Shown one piece after another: positions 55,001 through 64,000 of a DNA stretch of 64,000 nucleotides. Numbering within the stretch: position 1 is the stretch's first letter; each line of letters opens with the position of its first letter. Both the position numbers and the translations under genes were made by a program. The notes beneath the pieces are model-generated. The model had not been told where the DNA came from, did no database searches, and saw nothing but the letters and a program-made list of their open reading frames with translations. This stretch comes from Eledone cirrhosa. Lineage: Eukaryota. The DNA lies in NCBI GenBank assembly GCA_964016885.1, contig OZ024743.1, forward strand, positions 242,048,001 to 242,112,000, written 5' to 3'.

Positions 55001-55999
55001 TTTAAAGTAAGATTTAATACCTACAAACATAGTTTTAAAAATGCCGTATTAGCTAATACAACATCCTTGGCTGAAATAATTAATAATTATAGAAAGAAGA
55101 ATATTGATTACAACCTGACCTGGAGCGTGCTCAAAAGAGCCACCCCTTGTCAAAATAGCAGATACGAGTGTAGGTTACGCTCCCAGGAACTTTTTCAAAT
55201 CATGAAATCTAAGGATATCCTATTAAATAAGCGACGGGAATTAATTATATCTTGCAATCATAGAATTAGAAGAACCTTCAAATATTATAAACCTAATTAA
55301 TATACACCTTACTCTTATATTTTACAAATTATTATAATTGATTTTTTAAATTTAATTAACCTATAATTAGTATTTTACTACAGGGAACTTCATAATTTTA
55401 TTTCCCTCTTACAGATCTCTTTTCCTAAAATGAATACCTAAATGTATACCTATAAATTAATTTAATTTCCTGTTATGTATCTAGATTCCTTGTAGTTTAA
55501 ATAAGATTGGTATTTCTCACTACTACCCTTATCCCAAAATGTTACTTTCCTTCGTTTTTAACAACACTCTTTAATAACATCTAATTCTTATTTATCACAT
55601 TCATATGAATTAATATAACTTTATCCCTATAAATATACCTATCAATTAATTTAATTTATTGTTATAGATCTAGATTCCTTGTGGTTTAAATAAGATTGGT
55701 ATCTCTCACTAATACACTTACCCTAACATTTTATTTTCATTCGTTTTTAACGTTATTCTTTAATAACATAAAATGTTCGTGTACCTTTCACTATCACCTT
55801 GGCTTGACCTCTTTTCACCCCTAAAGTATTCTTTTCATTCAAAACATAAGTCTGCACTCCTCTACCCCTAAATTAAATTTCTACTACTACTATTCTATCA
55901 ACTTGACCTCTAACTACTTTTCTATTTGTCAATTCAAAACCTGTTCCCAAACAGACCTTTTATATTAAATTTTTGTTTGTTTTTTTCAATAAACACATC

Positions 56000-56135
56000 T
56001 CATCATTTCTGAGGACGGCTTGTATATGTGAAGGTATGTATATTTTTTCTGATAATTTGTAATATTTTTACATAGATCTATATGATATACATACCAACAC
56101 ACTTTTACATCGCAGAAACGATCGTAAAATGATGA
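56000..56135 (+). ncRNA. Type I hammerhead ribozyme with a ~100 nt stem II domain
   Basis: UCAUCAUUU-CUGAGGA-[GGUAUGUAUAU/AUAUACAUACC]-GAAACGAUCGUA-AAAUGAUGA. The base of stem II is imperfect. Confidence 0.8.
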
Positions 56136-56187
56136 ATTTTTTAATATAAGGAACTTGTTCTTTGTTTTTATTTCATTGTTTTTAATA

Positions 56188-56366
<179 letters not shown>

Positions 56367-56399
56367 TCTGTGTGTCTCTCTGTGCGTATATATACAAGT

Positions 56400-56667
56400 A
56401 TAGGTGTGTATGTTTGTGCAGTGCCTTTGCTCACTATAAAAGCTTCACGGCACAGGCATTTCTTTCTATCTGGAGATCTCTCTGCACTTGTCGTCACATG
56501 GTACCAAGGGCCCAGCACTGTGTCAATAATTGTCACAAGTGTAGTGTTTGTACCAGAGTTTTCAAGTCGCTGGCTGGACTAAATGTCACACTCGTTAAGC
56601 GCATCGGTAGGGGTTCTCCTACATGGATATAAAGTAGTGGCCGTACTCGAAAACGAGTTGGCAGCCA

Positions 56668-56670
<3 letters not shown>
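56400..56670 (+). mobile_element. 3' end of an RTE-like LINE
   Basis: HKCSVCTRVFKSLAGL zinc-finger-like end and a terminal stem-loop gtggccgtactcg-aaaa-cgagttggcagccac. Confidence 0.55.
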
Positions 56671-56729
<59 letters not shown>

Positions 56730-56730
<1 letters not shown>

Positions 56731-57530
56731 ATCATTATGGATATACAGGGTTAAGTGGTAGAGGTGAATTAACAGAAAGGGGGGAACTATGTTTTTTTTA
56801 GTTTCTTATGGTTACTAAAAGCAATAGAATCAGCCAAGTTCTGGGTAGTAGAGAAAGAAATTTTAACGTTATATTTTTGTTAAATAATTCATAGTACTTA
56901 TGAGTAGGGGGGAAATGGTTGCGTATGATAGGGAAGAATCTTTTAGGGGGTTAGACGCTATATTACAGAACGGAGGATTAAACCATAACAGATTATGAGA
57001 CCTATTTGGGTGCAGTGTACTAGTTGTATTAGAACGGTTTACATGTATGTTTAGAGTATTTTTTTAAGTTCTTATGCGTAGTAGTGCGTGAGTTCTTAGT
57101 ATTGCGGGTAGGCTGTTGGTTAAGGTGTCTATTAGAACTAATCCTGAACTCATTGCTAGGAATAGGTAGCTAACCATTATAGGGAGACCGGTTATTTCTA
57201 TTAGTGTTTTTAAATCTAGAGAGACAAATCTATGAAATTACATTATTATTACTTAATCCATGAGTGGATAAAACAGCAGGTAGGTAATATATTGTATCCT
57301 TACAGTCTGATCTAGAAAGAGCCTCATTATAGTACCATGCTATTTCGTTAAATATGTTCTCATTTACAGATAGCCTAGAGATTCTATGTGAGATAGACAT
57401 TACAATAGATTTAAGAATAGAGGGGGTTGTGGAAAGACACTTTCAATAGAAGTTAAGATCTCACCGGGTTTATGATAAGGACGGTAGAGTCCTGAATCAA
57501 AGTCTAAAGTAGCGTCAAGGCTCAACTGTG
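56730..57530 (-). mobile_element. Degenerate PLE fragment
   Basis: LDATLDFDSGLYRPYHKP on the minus strand at 57465-57520. Confidence 0.7.
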
Positions 57531-58072
57531 CTAGAAAGACCAAAGCCTTTAAATCATAATTTTGATTCATCTACATTCTCCTTTTTTATTAACACCCCTT
57601 TTTCATTATTTGAAATATTTAAAAAAAACAAAACATAATTATCTTTTTAATTTTCTACTTGTTTATCTCGCTTTCTTCATAGTTATACCCCTTGTTATAC
57701 CTACTTGCTGTTTTCATTTCTTTTCCATCTTTTTTTAAACAGTTGAATTCGTAGGGTTTATAATGTATCATTATCCTCCTTATATTAATGCTCTGCTTAT
57801 ACAATTTTTTGCTTGACATTATTTCTCTGGCTTACTCACTTTGTTCGCTTGTCTTACATCTAATACGCATTGAGCACACTGTCCCCCTCACTACTGGCAT
57901 ATAATTCTCATAACTAATCACTCATCTCTCCTCTTCGATTAGTTTGTATGCTAATTTTGATATATACATAGATACAAACATACATATGTATATATGTGTG
58001 TGTGTGTGTCTATGTACGTATGTATATGTCTTGGCCATACTCGATAACGAGGGGGCAGGCATCATATATCTA

Positions 58073-58181
<109 letters not shown>

Positions 58182-58186
58182 ATATA

Positions 58187-58247
<61 letters not shown>

Positions 58248-58421
58248 AGTATATGTAGATTGTTTACCGACACCTCAGTAGGCAGATTGGAGCACTCGAC
58301 GAAGTACGCAGGTTGGTTTGTTTACTCCGGAGTAATGTAAAATAATTGTAATGTAAAATTAATGTAAAAAAAAAGTCAAATATGTAAAATTTGGCTTCGT
58401 TTATTATAAATTATAGATATA

Positions 58422-58474
58422 CTGCTATATATATTTCGGTGATAGCCATCATTGGCTGTGACCTCTTCAGTCAG
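58422..58474 (-). ncRNA. Type I hammerhead ribozyme, homologue of 9467
   Basis: CUGA-CUGAAGA-GGUCACAGCCA...UGGCUAUCACC-GAAAUAUAUAUA-GCAG, with a mismatch at the base of stem I. Confidence 0.75.
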
Positions 58475-58622
58475 TCCGAATTGGTGTGGGAAAGACAGGT
58501 ACACATATTGTTTAAGTGTGTTTTACTCCGTCAATACATCGATGTATTGATGGAAACATGTGTACTTACCTGTATTTCCCACCAGATGTGAGAAAAGCCA
58601 CAGACCCTCCAACTCAACTCTA

Positions 58623-58659
58623 TTTTTGAAAAGCAGAAGAACTGCGAAACCGGTAAAGG
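58623..58659 (+). ncRNA. U3-A8 hammerhead, second copy
   Basis: UUU-UUGAAAA-GCAGAAGAACUGC-GAAACCGGUA-AAGG. Confidence 0.65.
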
Positions 58660-59009
58660 AACCAAATAAATAGATATATTTTTTAAAATATAAGACTCCA
58701 GTTGCATTTTTGATTTTATCTTTTTTTCTTTATACTTTCACTCGTGTAGGACACCTCGGTTATTTTTGATTTTGTAAAAAAAACCTTACTTTCTAATATA
58801 TATATATATATATATATCCCCACTCCACCCGCCACCACCCCTACACGCCCCCACACCCTTCCACCACCTGTTTTACTTCATGTTTATTTTTATTTTTATT
58901 ATGCTTTTATATTTAATTTCATTTGTACCGTTTCCTCTCACCCCCTTTTTTCTATGTCTCTCCACCACTCCCCTACACACCCTTGGAACTCTCTTCCCAC
59001 ACACTTTTC

Positions 59010-59041
59010 ACCTGAAGAAGGGCTTATGCCCGAAACGTCGT
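59010..59041 (+). ncRNA. Minimal hammerhead core with weak stem I
   Basis: CUGAAGA-A-GGGC(UUAU)GCCC-GAAACGUC. Only 2 bp of stem I. Confidence 0.5.
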
Positions 59042-59203
59042 TCCCCACCACCACCCCACTCTCAAGAGCGTGAAACTAATAAACCTTTGCTCGTACTGCC
59101 TCTCTGTTTTGTTCCCGTTCAATATTTTACTATATATATATTTATATACATACATATATTTATAATATATAAGAACAAAAGATGGTTAAAAGAGTTCCAT
59201 GTA

Positions 59204-59270
59204 TTTTATTATGCGCATTTCAAAAACAAACATCATCATGCAATAATATTTGTGTTTTCATCAGATAAAA
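59204..59270 (-). ncRNA. Type I hammerhead ribozyme (canonical core)
   Basis: UUUUAU-CUGAUGA-AAACACAAAUAUUAU...AUGAUGUUUGUUUUU-GAAAUGCGCAUA-AUAAAA. The host repeat 59163-60139 has ~60 bp inverted termini. Confidence 0.85.
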
Positions 59271-60237
59271 CAGGAAGACATGATATGAAGGTTAAAAAAT
59301 ACTTGTGGATAGTTCAGTTTTAAATCAACATATGAGAAGTAGTTTTAGATTGATGTGTGATATTGGGAAAAATATTTTATTTAGAGGTGGGAGTTGGAAA
59401 GGATGAAAAAGAGGAGGAGATGAGAGTAAAAAGTGGAGAGGGAGGAGTATAATGAGGAAGGATGAGATAGGAGGAGAGATGGGTGATAGAGAGAGAGAGA
59501 TAGATTTTATAACTGAGAAAGATATATTGTTTTACATAGAGAGGTTAAAAACCGTTGGAAGATAATGTATAAATTAAAAGAATTTGAAAATTAACGAAGA
59601 GAAAAAAATAATGTAAAGTTAAGGTTTGTATATTGAGGGGTTTGATATGTGCGATGAAAAAGAAAATGTTAATATGTATTGAGAATAATATTTAGGGGTT
59701 TAATAATATGTGCGATGTTAAGAAAATGTTGATATGTATTATTAAAAGGAACAACAGGTTATTTAAGTAAGGAAATATTGTGAGATGACCATGAATGAGT
59801 TAGATGAAAGGGAGAAAAGTATAATGAATTGAGGATGAATAATCTAACGTCAAAAAAATGTATATGCTTACGAAGGATTTTTACAAGGTGATATAGAGTA
59901 AGAATGTATTGTATTATGTAATAATTGATTCTATGTTAGGCAAGAGTGAGAAAAGGTACAGATTAGGGGTTAGACATTAAAAGAAGAAGAGAAGAAAGGG
60001 AAGTGATAAATAGGAGCGATGTAGAATGAGTAACAAGTATTATAGAATGTATAATAACCTTTGAAATAAGGTAAAAAGATGAAATGCGCTTAATAAAATA
60101 CATGGAACTCTTTTAACCATCTTTTGTTCTTATATATTATGTATACTCCAGTCCTACAAACTGTAGAGTGCTTCTTATCCGATATCTGCATTGCTTTATT
60201 GTACTACAATAAAACTCACCTCCTACATACATATATT

Positions 60238-60355
<118 letters not shown>

Positions 60356-60385
60356 TATATATTTATATATAATATATATATATAT

Positions 60386-60435
<50 letters not shown>

Positions 60436-60902
60436 TTTTTTTTTTTTTTTCAAAGCACATTTGTTACTTTCATTTGTACGAAGTGTTACTGATATTTTCA
60501 TAATGTCAGATGAAGTATTGGTGATGCTTAACATCCTCCTTCAAATGTCTCTGATATGCCTAACATATTCCCATTTCTCTTTGTAGTTCTTTATCTTTCT
60601 TTCATTTTTTTTCTTTGTGTTGTTGTTCTTTTATGTCGTTTGCGATTTTCTGGGTTTCATTTTTACTTTTTTCTATTTATTTATTTATTTATTTGATTAT
60701 TTATTTATTTATAGTGTTTTATCTTCCGTTTTTTGTTGTTGTTTTTTTTTTGTTGGATTTATATTTTATTCTTAAGTTGTATTTTTTCACCGAACGAGAG
60801 ACGATTTCTGTATTTTACAAGTGCACACATCCACACACACACACACTGACACTGACACAGACACAGACACACATACACAGACACACACACCCGCTCACAC
60901 GC

Positions 60903-60965
<63 letters not shown>

Positions 60966-61170
60966 TATGTATACGTACATACATATATGTGTACAGACGC
61001 ACAGTAGTATGTATATATATATACATACATGCACATATATATATATATGTACGTATGTGTTTACCGAACATTTATTATAATGTTCGGTTTGTTTGTAAAC
61101 AAACAGCCCGAATTACGCCGTAGAGTGCTCGGCAACCATCGTCGCCCTTTTGTTCAACACTGACACAGGA

Positions 61171-61213
61171 ACGATGTACTAGTTTCAAGCTTATTAGCTA
61201 TCGTTAGCATCGT
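61171..61213 (-). ncRNA. Type I hammerhead with a G5A defect
   Basis: ACGAUG-CUAACGA-UAGCU(AAUA)AGCUU-GAAACUAGUA-CAUCGU. Part of inverted repeat 61050-61280 / 61508-61740. Confidence 0.6.
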
Positions 61214-61573
61214 ATACCTTTCTGTCAGATGATTGAACGTCTGAAAGTATATACTTTCCTAATGCATATTAACGGCTGAGCAGCCTAATTTGCATATCGA
61301 GTGAGTTAGTCGGCCGGGCATACCGAAAACGATAAATGGAAAAGAATTAAACGAAATTTCATTTCTCACTCTTAGTACGGCTGATACTTAAATATAAGTA
61401 TGTATACGTACATAAATATATGTGTACAGACGTACAGTAGTATGTATATATATATACATACATGCACACATATATACATGCACACATATATATATATGTA
61501 CGTATGATCAGCCGTTAATATGCATTAGGAAAGTATATACTTTCAAACGTTCAATCATCTGACAGAAAGGTAT

Positions 61574-61616
61574 ACGATACTGACGATAGCTAATAAGCTT
61601 GAAACTAGTACATCGT
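61574..61616 (+). ncRNA. Type I hammerhead ribozyme
   Basis: ACGAUA-CUGACGA-UAGCUAAUAAGCUU-GAAACUAGUA-CAUCGU, with an A.C mismatch at the base of stem I. Confidence 0.75.
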
Positions 61617-61932
61617 TCCTTTGTCAGTGTTGAACAAAAGGGCGACGATGATTGCCGAGCATTGTACGGCGTAATTCGGGCTGTTTGTTTACAAACAATC
61701 GGAACATTATAATAAATCTTCGGTAAACCCATACGTACATATATATATATGTGCATGTATGTATATATGTACGTATACATACTTATATTTAGGTATCAGC
61801 CGTACTAAGAGTGAGAAATGAAATTCCGTTTCATTGTTTTCCATTTATATATATATACATATATATATGTGTGCGTGTGTCTGTGTGTGTGTATGTATGT
61901 ACATATAGTATGTATATATATATATATATATA

Positions 61933-62023
<91 letters not shown>

Positions 62024-62363
62024 TGAGGATGTCTATGTGTGTGTAATAGTAAGTTTTTTTTTTCAATTTCGTGGATCTATATATTACGCATGCATTCATA
62101 TATTTAACTACATGCTTATACATACCCTATGTGTATGTGGAAACATGTATATGTCACACGTACAAATGTTGACATGAAGAAGATGGATATATTACGTAGA
62201 TATTATGATGTCATATGGATATAAACATTGTTTTTTCATCCATATATATATATATATGTGTGTGTATACAAAAAGTTATGAAATGAAAGGAGCTGTGTGG
62301 TTACTAAAAACAAGGTTTAGGATGGTGGTTAGGACGGAACAAGAGGAGAGAGGAAGAAGGAGT

Positions 62364-62474
62364 TTCCATCGTCAGCTGTAAATGTATCTCAAACTGATGT
62401 TTCGGCGCTGAATTACAGGACATCGGTGTAGTTCTGGTGCGCCCGAGGCCTCTTATTTATCAAAAGGCCAGGTA
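62364..62474 (-). ncRNA. Permuted HHR-like motif, family 3
   Basis: Minus strand: GGCGC...GAUGUC|CUGUAA-UUCA-GCGCC-GAAACAUC...UUACAG-CUGACGA. Stems I, II and III are all perfect Watson-Crick. Confidence 0.72.
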
Positions 62475-63799
62475 GAAAAGGAGAGAGAAAGAGAGGAAAA
62501 AATGGAGCAAAAAGGAAAGAGAGGGAAAGGAGGAAGAACAGGGGGGGGGGGAGATGAAGAGAGAGGAAGAAGGGGGAAAATAGGAAAGGAATAGAAGAAA
62601 ATAAATGAACAGATCCCATCGTGGGAAGACACAGGTGAAAGAAACATGCAAAAATGTAACCGTGGAAAAATAGGGAAAGTAAGTTGTGGCCAACCTGGGA
62701 GACTTTACATATATATATATAGGAAAATGTTTAACCCCAACGGCTTGATCTCTGCCGTCGGGGTTAATCATTTTCCTATTACCCACTCTACTACCCTAAG
62801 TATTGAGTACTCTGGTGCGTTATGGTCCATCTGTTCCTTACCACACCTCCTTCGCTATATATATATATCTTTACATGTATATGTGATATGTGTGTGTGTG
62901 TAGGTGTTTGTATTCCCGTGCAGCCGGAATTCGATGTCTTCACAAACTCCATATTCGATAAAATGTATCTTTGTCAAATATGAACTCGTAGTAAATTTTA
63001 GCCGAACTATTAGACCTCGCTGGTAAGACTGGGTCAATATATGGGCGTGGTGGTGGATAGGTGAATGAACGTGTGAATGTATGGGTAGATTGATAGGTTG
63101 GTGAACGGGTTGGTGAATATAGTAGAGTGATGAGTTGAGTGATGGGTAGATGGGTGAAGGGCAATAGATTGATGGATGAGTAGATGGGTTGGAAGACTGA
63201 TGGGTGGGTGAATAGGTGGACGTGTAGGTGTAGGTGGATGAATAGGTGGACGTGTAGGTGGGTGATTAGAAGGATAGATAGGTTGATTAAAGCTTTGGTG
63301 GGTAAAAGGTTAAAGGGTTGGATGGGCTGTTGGGTGAATTCGTGGAAGGGTGGATTCGTAAATAGACGGATGGATGCGTGGATGTATTGATGGGTGACTG
63401 AGTGAATGGGTAGATGGATGGTGTGTTAGAAGAAGCACTTGAAGCAGAGAACAAAAGAAAAATTTGTGAAGGGATCGATGTATATTTGAATGAGTGAACA
63501 GGGGTATGTGAACGTTAATAAATTCAGAAAACGTGGATAGAATGTTATATGTTTATATTGTGTTGCACAGCTGAATAATTCTTTTGTCCAATATGAGCCA
63601 GTATATTAATTGCAATTATCACCCATTGGTGGATATTAGTTATTATGCAAAATCAAACTTAAAATATATAAATATGTGAAACTTCGGTGAGCTGTTTGAA
63701 ATATATATCACTTAACTACCAAAAGTATGAAAGGCAAAGTTTCCGTCGGCGAGATTTGAACTCAGAGCGCGAGCATAAAAAATTCCTTTATCGACCTTG

Positions 63800-63990
63800 T
63801 GGTGGATTGGCAGTATCGGTAGTAGGTCGGACGCTATGCTTTGCGGCATAGAGTTATATCCCTTTACTTCATGGGTTTAAATCCTGAAGATGTTAGCTTT
63901 ACCTTTCATCCTTACGGGGTCGATAAAATAAAGTACCAGTAATGCACTGAGATAATTGCTGGCCTTGTGCCTAAAGTAGAAACAATTATA
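63800..63990 (+). mobile_element. Degenerate tRNA-derived SINE (Deu/Nin-like); an opposite-strand partial copy lies at ~63700-63775
   Basis: gggtttaaatcc...ctttacctttcatccttacggggtcgataaaataaagtaccagt...ggccttgtgcctaaagtagaaac. Confidence 0.7.
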
Positions 63991-64000
63991 TTACCGCGGT

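Overview
AT-rich, microsatellite-saturated animal genomic DNA. The SINE types and the (TA)n/(CA)n/(TACATA)n load suggest a cephalopod such as octopus (inference). I found no host protein-coding gene, and most long ORFs in the track are simple-repeat artefacts. The window is a mosaic of retroelements: one near-intact Penelope-like element (PLE; RT plus GIY-YIG, Naiad-like Cys motif) at 24.7-29.4 kb, several truncated or inverted PLEs, RTE, L1/Tx1 and CRE-like LINE remnants, a mariner 5' end, a Helitron remnant and tRNA-derived SINEs. Reading both strands gives about 19 type I hammerhead ribozyme (HHR) motifs in PLE pseudo-LTRs and short non-coding PLE-like repeats. Most have a family-specific palindromic stem III, and several have core variants (U4C, U3-A8). 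The main finding is 5 copies, in 3 sequence-divergent repeat families (4.1/4.7 kb +, 35.2/35.8 kb +, 62.4 kb -), of an HHR-like RNA whose core strands are in a non-circularly permuted order (NUH strand, then GAAA strand, then CUGANGA strand). These copies share spacing and covarying helices, and two of the families are tandem 528-643 bp retrozyme-like units. All structures were paired by eye and are untested.
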